Below are positions 31,281 to 47,865 of a stretch of DNA of 64,000 nt, piece by piece. The stretch covers positions 9,672,001-9,736,000 of the forward strand of contig OZ024741.1 of the NCBI GenBank assembly GCA_964016885.1, given 5' to 3'. Numbering within the stretch: the first letter of the stretch is position 1; each line of letters starts with the position of its first letter. Under the pieces are notes generated by a model. That model did no database searches. It saw only the letters and a list, made by a program, of their open reading frames with translations, and had not been told where the DNA came from. The stretch is from Eledone cirrhosa. Taxonomy: Eukaryota. Position numbers and translations under genes: made by a program.

Positions 31281-31944
31281 CTTGGCCGTGTTCTAAAGCT
31301 TTGTCAATGCTGTACTAATATATATATATATATATATATATATCACTATTACCAACAACTTTTTACGTCAATGCTGGTATGGGCTGGATACCAACCCTGT
31401 AGTCCTATTTTATGATAAGCAGGGATACGATGTATCTATTCCAAAAAGCGGGATACACAAAGACAGATGTATGTATGTATGTATGTATGTATGTATGTAT
31501 GTATGTATGTATGTATGTATGTATGTATGTATGTATGTATGTACAAAGCCAGTCCCACTCTCTTAACCAAGATGATATTTACCAAAAAGAAGTGCCTTTT
31601 ATAGTGCCTTTGCTCACTATAAAAGCTTCACGGCACAGGCATTGCTTTATATCTGGAGATCTCTCTGCACTTGTCATCACATGGTACCATGGGCCCACTT
31701 TTCAATAATTGTCACAAGTGTAGTGTTTGTACCAGAGTTTTCAAGTCGCTGGCTGGACTAAAAAGTCACACTCGTTCAGCGCATCGGTAGGGGTTCTCCT
31801 ACATGGATATAAAGTAGTGGCCGTACTCGAAAACGAGTTGGCAGCCACCATGTATGTATGCATGTATGTATGTATGTATGTATGTATGTATGTATGTATG
31901 TATGTATGTATGTATGTATGTATGTATGTATGTGTGTATGAAAT

Positions 31945-32541
31945 GTATGTCGAGTCACTCTTGAGTGCTACTGGTAACATGTAACCCAGTACAACCTGTC
32001 GCATGATCAGGTCGTCGGCGACTAAACCGGCAACCCCACCAAGTTTACTTAGTGAGGAGGGTGATTTTGGCCACCCTGCAGGACAAAAAAAACAAACCTG
32101 ACAAAGGTCAGAAGAACTCATAAGAGTCAACGGCCATCCAAAAGTGTGTAAATATGTATATACACATGTACATATGTATATGTATGTATATGCGCAGGGA
32201 CATAGAAATAGTCGGGCTGGATACCCGATCGCACAGTTAAACCACTGGGAGTGAAGGACCCATAGCATTTGTCAGGGCATTATTCTAGGAGAAGGCAACT
32301 CAGGAAACTGGGATAACTCCGATATAAAACCTGCGGCTCAGTAGTTACCGATGATGTTGATCTTTTCTTCTTTTCGGGTTATAGCTACTGTCTCTCAGGG
32401 AGTGGGTTTGGCTCAGTGCAGTCTTTCCTCACTTTAAAAAAATTCTTCACGCACAGGCATTGCACGATAGAATTAATTAATAATTATTAATAATAGTATA
32501 TCGTGCAATGGCCATATTCGATAACGAGGGGACAGATATCA
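31945..32541 (-). mobile_element. Second copy of the ~560-bp retroelement
   Basis: Reverse complement of 1761-2326, with a (CATA)n tail. Confidence 0.75.
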
Positions 32542-32639
32542 TGTATGTATGTATATATATATATATATATGTTACTGACGTAAGGTGTCGGAATATATGG
32601 ATTCTTTTCGGCTAGCTTCGTAAATAAGTAAATATATGG

Positions 32640-33438
32640 TATAAACAATGTTTCATACATTTAACATGTGTGACCATTGGACCAGGAGACCAATGGTAGC
32701 ACATCACATGTGTGACCATTGGACCAGGAGACCAATGGTAGCACATCACATGTGTGACCATTGGACCAGGAGACCAATGGTAGCACATCACATGTTCTAC
32801 CATTGGACCAGGAGACCAATGGTAGCACATCACATGTGTGACCATTGGACCAGGAGACCAATGGTAGCACATCACATGTTCTACCATTGGACCAGGAGAC
32901 CAATGGTAGCACATCACATGTGTGACCATTGGACCAGGAGACCAATGGTAGCACATCACATGTGTGACCATTGGACCAGGAGACCAATGGTAGCACATCA
33001 CATGTGTGACCATTGGACCAGGAGACCAATGGTAGCACATCACATGTGTGACCATTGGACCAGGAGACCAATGGTAGCACATCACATGTTCTACCATTGG
33101 ACCAGGAGACCAATGGTAGCACATCACATGTGTGACCATTGGACCAGGAGACCAATGGTAGCACATCACATGTGTGACCATTGGACCAGGAGACCAATGG
33201 TAGCACATCACATGTGTGACCATTGGACCAGGAGACCAATGGTAGCACATCACATGTGTGACCATTGGACCAGGAGACCAATGGTAGCACATCACATGTG
33301 TGACCATTGGACCAGGAGACCAATGGTAGCACATCACATGTGTGACCATTGGACCAGGAGACCAATGGTAGCACATCACATGTTCTACCATTGGACCAGG
33401 AGACCAATGGTAGCACATCACATGAAACATTGTTTATA
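32640..33438. repeat. 18 x 42-bp hairpin minisatellite bounded by 17-bp inverted repeats
   Basis: Unit acatgtgtgaccattggaccaggagaccaatggtagcacatc; flanks tataaacaatgtttcat / atgaaacattgtttata. Confidence 0.92.
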
Positions 33439-33621
33439 GTAAATAAGCTCTCTTGCAACAGATTGAGCACTGATTTCCTTGATCTTTCATCTACGGATTT
33501 CTACACACCCGCACCCTCAGACACCCACACACACATACACATACACACACTCACACACACACACACACACATACACACACTCTCGGGCACCCACACACAT
33601 ATACACATACACATACACACA

Positions 33622-33654
<33 letters not shown>

Positions 33655-33734
33655 CCGACTAAAATCTAAAACATCTATATATAGAGAGTCATATATCGTT
33701 AGAAGAACAGTACTTTGCACATATATATAATAGT

Positions 33735-33912
33735 ATCTACTTTTGACACAAGGCCAGCAATTATCACAGTGTATTACTGGTATTTTATTTTAGCGACCCC
33801 GTAAGGATGAAAGACAAAGTTAACCTCGGCGGGTTTTGAACTCAGACCATAAAGGGACGTAACTCTATGCTGGAAAGCATAGCGTCCGACTCTCTACCGA
33901 TACTGCCAATGC
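33735..33912 (-). mobile_element. tRNA-derived SINE
   Basis: Reverse complement of the family at 44260. Confidence 0.8.
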
Positions 33913-34068
33913 CAATAATATTCAGGAATACATATTTAAGGTGGAATCAGATATATGACTCTCTTCCATATAAATCTTTTAAATTTGAATTAAAGTCCAT
34001 TGAGTTTATTTATTGAGAAACATGATCATCATGCATATTAAATATCTATTAATACTTTAACATAGTAT

Positions 34069-34112
<44 letters not shown>

Positions 34113-34131
34113 GTGTGTATATATATATATA

Positions 34132-34248
<117 letters not shown>

Positions 34249-34388
34249 GAAATAGCACGGAAGAATATTTAAGGATCTGTTTTGTTTTTTTTTCCTTTCT
34301 TTGATTCGTCAAAGTGACATTATCGAAATAATGAAAGGGACAATTCTTTTAAAAAAAAGTTTTATAATGTATATAATGTATATAAAGT

Positions 34389-34430
34389 ACTACCGGTTTC
34401 AATGTATCAGTGAAATCCATCTTATCAAAT
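34389..34430 (-). ncRNA. Hammerhead-like motif with TTGATAA core
   Basis: TTGATAA-gatggatttcactgatacatt-GAAA-ccgg-TA; stem I weak. Confidence 0.35.
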
Positions 34431-34794
34431 GTTAAGTATTACAATTAAAAAGAATTAATAAGAATTAAAAATTAAAAATTAAAGATTTAAAATTAGGTGT
34501 TGAGATAAGATTTTTTCAACTTCCTTGTTGAGAAGGAGACTGGAAAAATATATTTCTGACCAAAGATAGAATATAAACACATAAACACACACACACTCAG
34601 ACACGAACACACTAGCACACACCAGACAAATTACACGCAAGCAAACGCATGCGCAAATAGAGACAACAAGAAACAACACTACGTGTTCGGCCGGGCCCCT
34701 GTCTCATGAAAAGAAAATCTTTTTCGAGGAAATTATTGGATTTTTCCGAATTTAAAGGTTTCTTACGAACTGTTAATGTTTATTTTAGGTTTTG

Positions 34795-34852
34795 CCGTCT
34801 GAAGAGCTCAGGCTATCTAAACTGATAGTCGTCAGTGAAATATGTATAACGG
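34795..34852 (+). ncRNA. Type I hammerhead ribozyme
   Basis: ccgt-CTGAAGA-gctcaggctatc taaact gatagtcgtcagt-GAAA-tatgta-TA-acgg. Confidence 0.7.
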
Positions 34853-35387
34853 AGTTTTAAATATACCCGAATCAACTGAATATGGCCTCTGATATTTTAT
34901 TAATATTATATATATATATATATTACTCCTTTACTCTCTTATCCAGCCACCCGGCTGAGACCACGCTGGGGCACCCCCCTTGTTGCTACACGTTCTATCT
35001 CCAGCCTGTGTTGGCTGGCCATTGGTGTAAGAGGGAGTTCGCTGCTGCTGCCTTACTTTCATACTGTGTTGTGGGCTCATCCGGGATCCTATAAAACAAA
35101 GTTTATCTCCATCTTCACTAGATTCCATGATAGTAGTCGCAAGATGACAAGTATATAGAAACGTTTCACTTACTCTACACTCATTATCAGAGATTTACGA
35201 AACAAAATGTCAAGCATGAAATATTAAAACATAACTGGCAGGTAAAAATATCCAAATATAAATATCCCTTTAATGCCAACATAACAGGCTTGAAATATCT
35301 GGGCTTAGAGTAAATGGGTAATAGAGCATGTCCGATGAAGGGTGACATGGAATATGAAACGGCGCTCACATCCTGTTGGCCGTCCGT

Positions 35388-35584
<197 letters not shown>

Positions 35585-35710
35585 TTTAGATTTATGACTG
35601 TTGCTTCCACAATCTTCACGAAACTACTCTCGTTTATCTTTTGTATGATGACAGTACTGTAGACGCATAAGGAGCTCTATACACATTTATATAAACCTGT
35701 GGGGACACAC

Positions 35711-35747
<37 letters not shown>

Positions 35748-35799
35748 CAAATACACAAACGCAAACACATTTTGTATGTATGTATGTTTCTCTTTCTCT

Positions 35800-36156
35800 T
35801 AATTTCGAGTACATTTTTGACCGGCCACCTTCCTGGTGGCAAGGTTGTAAAAGAAAAGAAATTGCCATCCCTTGAATCGCAAGAATGTTTTACAAATTTT
35901 GAAGGTGCCAGCTATCGCAGCAATTTGTAGTCTATGAATTAGGGAGCTGCGCTCTTTGTCCACAAATCCAAGTTCAGTTATACTTTGGTCCAAGTGGGTT
36001 GGTATATAACCCGTAGCTCCAATAATGATGCGTATGAAGCTAAAGGTGTATCTTGGATACTGGATCTGCAAACTCCTCATCAATGGTCCGTAGATGTCCT
36101 CCTTCTATTGTATTTTTCGTACAACGTTGACATTAAGTGGGCAGCTGATCTCTTTC
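35800..36156 (-). mobile_element. 3' fragment of an RLE-type (R4/Dong-like) non-LTR retrotransposon
   Basis: EISCPLNVNVVRKIQ*KEDIYGPLMRSLQIQYPRYTFSFIRIIIGATGYIPTHL...LQIAAIAGTFKICKTFL resembles the restriction-like endonuclease C-terminus. Confidence 0.7.
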
Positions 36157-36362
36157 AACATGTGTGTGTGTGTGCATGTATGTACGTATGTATGTATGTA
36201 TGTATGTATGTATGTATGTATGTATGTATGTATGTATGTATGTATGTATGTATGTATACGAGTGTGTATATGTATGCAAAAAGCAAACAGAAATATCAAA
36301 GCGAACGACACAGTACATTGAAGATATATATTAATTTAACACTTGAAATCGCATGATAAATG

Positions 36363-36397
36363 TCTTACTCTTTCGGACACTAGCCCTTCATCAGAAG
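36363..36397 (-). ncRNA. Minimal hammerhead-like motif (family F)
   Basis: CTGATGA-agggc tagt gtcc-GAAA-gag-TA. Confidence 0.45.
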
Positions 36398-36534
36398 GTA
36401 GAATTAGAAATAAATGACAAAATACAAAGATAGAGGGAAGCAGAAGAAACGTAAAAAAAGTGAGACAAAGAAAATTTGCGTTTTCAGTCTGCCATTTTGT
36501 ATGTATGTATATTTGAAAGTATGGATGTAAGTAA

Positions 36535-36726
36535 GAGAAGGATTTCGCCACCAGAAAGGCCCATGTATGGTCAGCTTGCAACAAGATGGATTGAGTTTTG
36601 CGCTCAAATCTTTCCGACCACACCAAAATCAGACTCTTCCAAGTAACAATTCAACCAATCTTGCTATATGGAAGTGAAACATGGACGCTTTTATCCAAAC
36701 AACAACAAAAACCTTGATGGCACTTA

Positions 36727-36807
<81 letters not shown>

Positions 36808-37158
36808 CTTGATGACACCTACACTCGCCTGCTTCAACGCATTTAGAACATAAGCTGGCGACATCTGACGTTGAGAGAGATATATGCCAGCCACCCACAC
36901 ATATCTATCGTTGTACGTAAAAGGAGAGTAAGATATGCTGGCCACTGCCATCGTGCCACCTATGAGGCTGTGTCGCCATTAGTGCTTTGGAAACCACAAG
37001 CAGTCACTAATAACAAGGGGCACGAGCTCTCCTACCCCGATGTCATCTCCAGACAATCTGGTATTGAAATCCAGGACTTGACAATGGCAATGAACGATAG
37101 ACCCACGTGGAGATCAATTGTTGAGTCCATTTCGGCTAAGGCCGCCGGATGATGATGG
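36535..37158 (+). mobile_element. RTE-type LINE 3' fragment (second family) with internal (ACT)n
   Basis: PILLYGSETWT...LDGTYTRLL...VRKRRVRYAGHCHRA...LVLWKP; ends in (GAT)n tail. Confidence 0.85.
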
Positions 37159-37388
37159 TGTATATAAATGTGTAGGTATATGTATGTATGAGTGTATGTA
37201 TGTAACTATATATATATATGTAGGTATACATGTATGTAACTATATATATAGATATGTAGGTATACATGTTTGTATGTCCCTATGTGTGGATACATATGTG
37301 GAGTTGTTCTCGAGTGTGGACACTGTCTTTTGCAGCCAATTAATGGTGCATTGCCTCTCCATGACGGGATATCAAGATGACGAAGACA

Positions 37389-37728
37389 TACTCTCGGGCC
37401 CCAGATAACAGGGTGGGGTGGAATAAGCCGTAGCATTGGACATCTGCTTAAATTCTTATAAGCAGGGGTGGGGTGGGATGGAATAAAGTGTGTGGGGGAA
37501 ATAGGTAATTGTATAGTGTACTTATTTCTTGTTTATATAATGTTTTTTTTTTAATGGTTTTTAATGTAAAATAAAATTATCAGATTCTCCAGCTGCTGTA
37601 TCGATATTAATCACTTACAATAAATTTTCGCTGGAGATAGATTAACAAACTATAATAAGCGGGGTGATTGGAATAAATCTGAAAAATTAACAAGCGGGAT
37701 GGGGGTGATTATTGAAAACCTGGAGGTA
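37389..37728. mobile_element. TA-flanked non-autonomous DNA transposon with GGAATAA subterminal motifs
   Basis: tactctcggg...cctggaggta ends; internal similarity to the reverse complement of 53329-54137. Confidence 0.5.
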
Positions 37729-37767
37729 CATTAACATGTCAACACCAGGACTCCACACCTCAATCAC

Positions 37768-40026
<2,259 letters not shown>

Positions 40027-40031
40027 CTAAT

Positions 40032-40146
<115 letters not shown>

Positions 40147-40315
40147 GAGGGAGAAAATGGGGGAGATCCCGAGTTAAATCAGGTCTAACCACAGATAGAA
40201 AGGTACTCAATACATTAGTAGAGTGTAAACATAATAATTTAATATAGAAATGGATGATGATTTCATAAGATTTAAACGGTTCTAGTCCTGTAGAAGACAT
40301 TTCTATATTGAATAA

Positions 40316-40366
<51 letters not shown>

Positions 40367-40603
40367 TGTATGTATGTATATGTCTGATATATACGAGTAT
40401 ATATACATATCAAATATATACATACATACATGCATACATACGTACATATATACGCACGTACATTCATACATATATATATATACACACACACACATATATA
40501 TACATACACATATATATATACATACATATACATGTACATACATACATATACATGTACATACATAGATATACATACATAGATACTTATAGTTATAAATATA
40601 CAT

Positions 40604-40635
<32 letters not shown>

Positions 40636-40642
40636 CTATATA

Positions 40643-40710
<68 letters not shown>

Positions 40711-41332
40711 CCTATACATGTACATACACATAGATATGCATACATACATACATACATACATACATACATACATACATACATACATACATACATAACTCGA
40801 AATTAAGTGAAAGACATAACATACATACATATCTATAGTTATAAATATATTAAATGACGTGAGTACTAAATGCAATTATAACCATAGCAAATATTTTAAT
40901 TATTACATAAAATTTTAATAATTAGCTAGGTGTTAATGTGCGGGAAGAAAACGACATCTTGATTAATTAGTTAAATTCCACTTTCGATTAATTCATTAAA
41001 AATTTAACGAGTCATGAAATTATGTGCAAATCTTAATATATTGATAAACATCTCGATTTATTAGTATATGTAATTTACTTGCAGTGTGGTTGGGGATATT
41101 CTTAGTTTAAAAAAAGGAAGACTAGGTTTAAATAAATATTCTATGTATATTAATTATGGTTAATTGGTAGAGTAATTAGGGGTTTTAGCTCAGCTGAGAA
41201 ATGTCTTCTAATACATACAAACACACATATAGATACATATACACATACCTATAGACATTCTCACATGCGCACCCACTACAATAACTCATGTTTATATGTA
41301 TGTATGTTTATAAGTATGTATGCATATATGTA

Positions 41333-41379
<47 letters not shown>

Positions 41380-41436
41380 GAGAGAGAGAGGGGGGAGAGA
41401 GAGGGGGAGAGAGAGAGAGAGAGAGGGAAGAAGAGT

Positions 41437-41477
41437 CCGAGCTGAAGATTCGCATAGAGTGAAACAATTGTTCTCGG
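41437..41477 (+). ncRNA. Compact type I hammerhead motif
   Basis: ccgag-CTGAAGA-ttcgcatagagt-GAAA-caattg-TT-ctcgg; palindromic stem III; (TA)n about 30 nt downstream. Confidence 0.65.
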
Positions 41478-41504
41478 TATGGTGAACTAACAATTGTGTT
41501 ACTA

Positions 41505-41598
<94 letters not shown>

Positions 41599-41838
41599 GA
41601 TGATGATGATATGTATGTATATATACAGCAGTGTGTATATAAATGTATATTTGTATCGCAAATTTATATACAAGGAAACTTTTCCAGACGTGAAGCTGCT
41701 GTTTGTCTGTTAGTCCGCTCTGTATGAAACTGTGTTTTCTCTCACCTTCTCTCTTACTATCCATCACTCTCGCCCCCCTCCCCTCAGCCTCTCTCACCCT
41801 CACTCACTTCCTCTCTCTCTTTCTCTGTATATATACAT

Positions 41839-42975
41839 ATACCATACCATACCACACCACGCCATACCATGCCTTACCATACCATATCCTACCATACCCT
41901 ACCATACTATACCACACCATACCACACCATACCATACTATACCACACCATACCACACCATACCATACCATACCACACCATACCATACCATACCATACCAT
42001 ACCATACCATACTATACCATACCATACTATACCATACCACACCCCACCATACCATAACCTACCACACCATACCACACCATACCATACCATACCACACCAT
42101 ACCACACCATACCATACCATACCACACCCCACCATACCATACCATACCACACCATACCATACCATACCATACCATAGCCTACCACACCATACCATACGAC
42201 ACCATACCACACCATACCATACCATACCACACCATACCATTCCATACCATACCATACCATAGCCTACCACACCATACCATACGACACCATACCACACCAT
42301 ACCATACCATACCACACCATACCATACCATACCATACCATACCATAGCCTACCACACCATACCATACCACACCATACCACACCATACCATACCATACCAC
42401 ACCATACCATTCCATACCATACCATACCATAGCCTACCACACCATACCATACCACACCATACCATACCAAACCATATCATACTATACCATACCCTACCAT
42501 AATATACCATACCATACCATACCCTACCATACTATACCATGCCATACCATACAATACTATACCATACCATACTATACCATACCACACCACACCATACCAT
42601 AACCTACCATACCCTACCATACTATACCACACCATACCACACCATACCATAACCTACCATACCCTACCATACTATACCACACCATACCATACCATACCAT
42701 ACCATAGCCTACCATACTATACCATACCATACTATACCATACTATACCACAACATACCATACCATACCATACCATAGCCTACCACACCATGCCATACTAT
42801 ACCACACCATACCATACCATACCATACAATACCATACCATACCATACCATACCATACCATACCATACCATACCATACCATACCATACCATACCATACCCT
42901 ACCACACCCTACCATATTATACCACACCATACCATACCATACTGTACCACACCATACCATACTATACCATACCAT
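41839..42975. repeat. (ACCAT)n pentanucleotide satellite
   Basis: Direct reading. Confidence 0.97.
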
Positions 42976-43244
42976 ATTTGAACTCAGAATGGCAAGGGCC
43001 GTAACTCTATGCTGGAAAACATGGTGTTCAACCCTCTACCGATACTGCCAAGTTTAAAATAATGCTCTAGACACGCCGTGTATCAATATGGTGCTCCTAA
43101 GACTTATGAGTTATGGGACTCTACATATATACCTTGTGACCAGACCACGTGGTTCCACATGGCTTTAATCGGAGACGCATTAAGTTTGCATGAAACCCCT
43201 GGCTTAAAATTCAACCGACGCTCTAGCGTATTATTTACGTATTG

Positions 43245-43437
43245 AGGGCGGTGGATTGGCAGTATTGGTAGAGGGTCGGACGTTATACTTTGCAGCAAAG
43301 AGTTACGCCCCTTGCCACTCTGAGTTCAAATCCCGCCGAGGTTAACTTTGCCTTTCATCTTTACGGGGTCGATAAAATAAGGTACCAGTAATACACTGGG
43401 ATAATTGCTGGCCTTGTGCCAAAAGTAGAAACAATTA
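43245..43437 (+). mobile_element. Full-length tRNA-derived SINE
   Basis: A-box-like tggcagtattgg, B box gagttcaaatcc, conserved body. Confidence 0.85.
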
Positions 43438-43537
43438 TTTACGATAGCAAAATATTTAATTTGGAGCTCGTTAAATGTTATTGAGCTCCTGGCTATAGTA
43501 CAGTCAGTCGGCACCACTTATTCCACCAGTGACTATA

Positions 43538-43619
<82 letters not shown>

Positions 43620-44257
43620 GAATTATTAACCCTTTCTTTCATCTGAAGACTGCCACCTTACCCTTGCCCTAATATGTCATCCATTTCTGGGTCCCGGCAG
43701 ACAGAATGGAGATTGTATTGCCCCGGAGGACGGTGAGGGAGACGCACCAGAACAGCCAACTCTACCTGGTGGGACTCGCACATACGGCAACCAACTCCAC
43801 TCCAATAGTAGTGAGTAGGATGTTGTCGGAGAGGGGAGGGGACACCGGAGGTCTACACTGCAACAAGCTCAACCACAAACCTATGATAGAGCGGTGTTGC
43901 TATACTATGCTATTATACTAATTAGACGGTGAATTCGCAGATTCGTGAGAACGTTGGGTAGAATGTCTCGTGGTACTTGTTTCGTCTCTCTATTCCTGAG
44001 TTCAAATCCCACAGAAGTCAACTTTGTCTTTCATTCATTCGAGGTCAATAAAAAGTACCAGTCTAATACTGGGTTTAATTCTTCCTCTTTATCTCGTTCT
44101 CTCACTTCCATTCTCTCTGGAAGAAATCTGCTGTATTTAAACCAAGAGAAGAGATGGTCTCCCCAGGTTTAGACAATGTCCTAGAAATGTGGTATATGAA
44201 TCTACGGCTCCCTAAGACTTCCCCAGGAGTTGAAGGACCATTCATGCCTGCATTATA

Positions 44258-44448
44258 GTGGTGGATTGGCAGTATCGGTAGAGGGTCGGACGCCATGATT
44301 AGCAGCATAGAGTTACAGTCCTTTACGGTCTGAGTTCAAATCCCGTCGAGGTTAACTTTGCCTTTCATCCTTACGGGGTCGATAAAATAAAGTACCAGTA
44401 ATGTACTGAGATAATTGATGGCCTCGTGCCAAAAGTAGAAATAATTAT
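44258..44448 (+). mobile_element. Full-length tRNA-derived SINE
   Basis: As 43245; further partial copies near 42977, 43945, 52730, 54140, 58330, 58480 and 59505. Confidence 0.85.
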
Positions 44449-44540
44449 AGTAATTAGTTATATGTTGCTATAATATGGTTCTATGACATGTTGCAACAAT
44501 ACTATGACATGATGCTATTATACTATGCTATGTTGTTATA

Positions 44541-45030
44541 TCAGGTCCACTATCTTCTTGGGGATTCCATAAGCCTGTAAGATCTTCATCAGGCAGTGAC
44601 GGTCCACAAAGTCAATGAAAACCATGACTGCAGGAAGGCACTTTTCTCTAGCTCCCTCTAATATCCTCCTCAGCATCAGGATGTGACTGGTGGTTGACCT
44701 TCCCTCTCTGAAGCCGTTCTGGTTGTCTCTGAGCTTCTTCTCCGTCTCGGGCTGGATTCTGTTAAGAATCATCCTGTTAGGGGTCTTTGCCACAAGTGAT
44801 ATAAGTGAGATCCCCCCTGTAGTTGTTGGTGTTAGAGAGATCTCCCTTCTTTGGCACTGGGACGATGTTACTGATCCTCCACTGATTCGGGGTAACTACC
44901 TTCTCCAGAGAGTGGTTACAGAACCCCAGGATGATACCAAAATCATACCTCTTCATCCCTCTGATGCCACTCCATCTTTTCCATAGGCCTTGCCCTTCTT
45001 GATCTTCTTCTTGGCTCTCTGAAGCTCCTC
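44541..45030 (-). pseudogene. RTE-type reverse transcriptase N-terminal fragment (inverted)
   Basis: IVPVPKKGDLSNTNNYRG...NRMILNRIQPETEKKLRDNQNGFREGRSTTSHILMLRRILEG...VFIDF. Confidence 0.9.
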
Positions 45031-45304
45031 TCAGAGCTGTACGGGAGCCTCCCAAAAGTCAATTCAAAAGTGACACAGAGGAGACTGAGGTTAGCTGGAC
45101 ATGCTCACCGATATCCAGAGTTGACATTGCACTCAGTGCTCCTGTGGGAGCCCCTACATGGACACACTGGAAGAGGAAGACCATGGTTAACGAATGTTAA
45201 TGCCCTAAGGACAGACAATGGTCTATTGGAGACGCAGGACATGGTAGAGATGATGAGGGACAGGGATTCTCGGGAATTTTACCCGCTATAGATAGATAGA
45301 TAGA
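45031..45304 (+). mobile_element. RTE-type LINE 3' end with (GATA)n tail
   Basis: Matches 1390-1676. Confidence 0.85.
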
Positions 45305-45419
45305 TGTTATAATATGATACTATAATATGTTTCTATGATACTATGACATGTTGCTATGGTACTATGATATGTTGCTATAATACTATGATATGTTGCTATG
45401 ATATAATACTATGATATAT

Positions 45420-47140
45420 TGCATGTCACTATACCATGTCACTACACCATGTCACTACACCATGTCACTACACCAGGTCACTATACCATGTCACTATACC
45501 ATGTCACTACACCATGTCACTATACCATGTCACTACACCATGTTACTATACCATGTCACTACACCATGTCACTACACCATGTCACTACACCATGTCACTA
45601 CACCATGTCACTACACCATGTCACTACACCAGGTCACTATACCATGTCACTATACCATGTCACTACACCATGTCACTATACAATGTCACTACACCATGTC
45701 ACTACACCATGTCACTACACCATGTCAATACACCATGTCACTACACCAGGTCACTATACCATGTCACTATACCATGTCAATAAACCATGTCACTACACCA
45801 TGTCACTATACCATGTCACTACACCATGTTACTATACCATGTCACTATACCATATCACTGTACCATGTCACTACACCATGTCACTATATGTCACCTCACC
45901 ATGTCACTACACCATGTCACTATACCATGTCACTACACCATGTCACTATACCATGTCACTATACCATGTCACTATACCAGGTCACTATACCATGTCACTA
46001 TACCATGTCACTACACCATGTCACTATACCATGTCACTATACCATGTTACTATACCATGTAACTATACCATGTCACTATACCAGGTCACTATACCATGTC
46101 ACTATACCATGTCACTATACCATGTCACTATACCATGTCACTAAACCATGTCACTACACCATGTCACTACATGTCACTACACCATGTCACTACACCATGT
46201 CACTATACCATGTCACTACACCATGTCACTATACCATGTCACTGTACTATGTCACTACACCATGTCACTACATGTCACTGCACCATGTCACTACACCATG
46301 TCACTATACCATGTCACTATACCATGTCACTATACCATGTCACTACACCAGGTCACTATACCATGTCACTACACCATGTCACTATACCTTGTCACTATAC
46401 CATGTCACTACACCATGTTACTACACCATGTCACTACACCAGGTCACTATACCATGTCACTACACCATGTCACTATATCATGTCACTATATCATGTCACT
46501 ACACCATGTCACTATACCATGTCACTACACCATGTTACTACACCATGTCACTACACCATGTCACTATACCATGTCACTGCACCATGTCACTACACCATGT
46601 CACTATATCATGTCACTACACCAGGTCACTACATCATGTTACTATACCATGTCACTATACCATGTCACTATACCATATCACTGCACCATGTCACTACACC
46701 ATGTCACTACACCATGTCACTATACCATGTCACTACACCATGTTACTATACCATGCCACTATACCATGTCACTATATCATGTCACTACACCATGTCACTA
46801 CACCATGTTACTATACCATGTCACTATACCATGTCACTACAACATGTCACTACACCATGTCACTATACCAGGTCACTATACCATGTCACTATACCATGTC
46901 ACTACACCATGTCACTACACCATGTTACTATACCATGTCACTATACCATATCACTGTACCATGTCACTACACCATGTCACTATATCAGGTCACTATACCA
47001 TGTCACTATACCATGTCACTATACCATGTCACTACACCATGTCACTATACCATGTCACTATACCATGTCACTACACCATGTTACTATACCATGTCACTAC
47101 ACCATGTTACTATACCATGTCACTATATCATGTTACTATG
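45420..47140. repeat. 14-bp satellite CCATGTCACTA(C/T)A
   Basis: Over 100 units with point variants. Confidence 0.97.
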
Positions 47141-47224
47141 CCATACTGATGTAATATATTGCTATGCCATGTAGCTCTACTATACTACTATATATATGTT
47201 GCTAAGCCGTGTTGCTATAGAATG

Positions 47225-47712
47225 TTGCTATGCCGTGTTGGTATGTGATGTAGCAATACTATATATTACTATAGTATGTTGCTATGCCGTGTTGCATAGC
47301 ATATTACTATAGTATGTTGATATGACGTGTTGGTATGTGATGTAGCTATACTATATATTACTATAGTATGTTGATATGACGTGTTGGTATGTGATGTAGC
47401 TATACTATATTTTACTATAGTATGTCGCTATGCCGTGTTGGTATGTGATGTAGCTATACTATATTTTTCTATAGTATGTTACTATGCCGTGTTGGTATGT
47501 GATGTAGCTATTCTATATTTTTCTATAGTATGTTACTATGCCGTGTTGGTATGTGATGTAGCTATACTATATTTTACTATAGTATGTTGCTATGCCGTGT
47601 TGGTATGTGATGTAGCTATACTATATTTTACTATAGTATGTTACTATGCCGTGTTGGTATGTGACGTAGCTATACTATATATTTCTATAGTATGTTACTA
47701 TGCCGTGTTGCT
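47225..47712. repeat. 54-bp minisatellite
   Basis: gccgtgttggtatgtgatgtagctatactatattttactatagtatgttactat, with internal hairpin atactata/tatagtat. Confidence 0.9.
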
Positions 47713-47787
47713 ACAATATGTTACGTTTGTGTGTTGCCGGAATATGCTATTATACCATGTTGCTATACCACCTTGCAATAAAATATT

Positions 47788-47865
<78 letters not shown>

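Noticed and set aside
32664-33424. CRISPR-like array of palindromic repeats
   Set aside because: No unique spacers (units are contiguous and near-identical), no cas genes, eukaryotic context.
43245-43335. tRNA gene
   Set aside because: A and B boxes continue into a SINE body; no complete cloverleaf.
45411-47174. 587-aa Cys/His-rich ORF
   Set aside because: 14-bp satellite lacking stops; period not a multiple of 3 and open in all plus frames.
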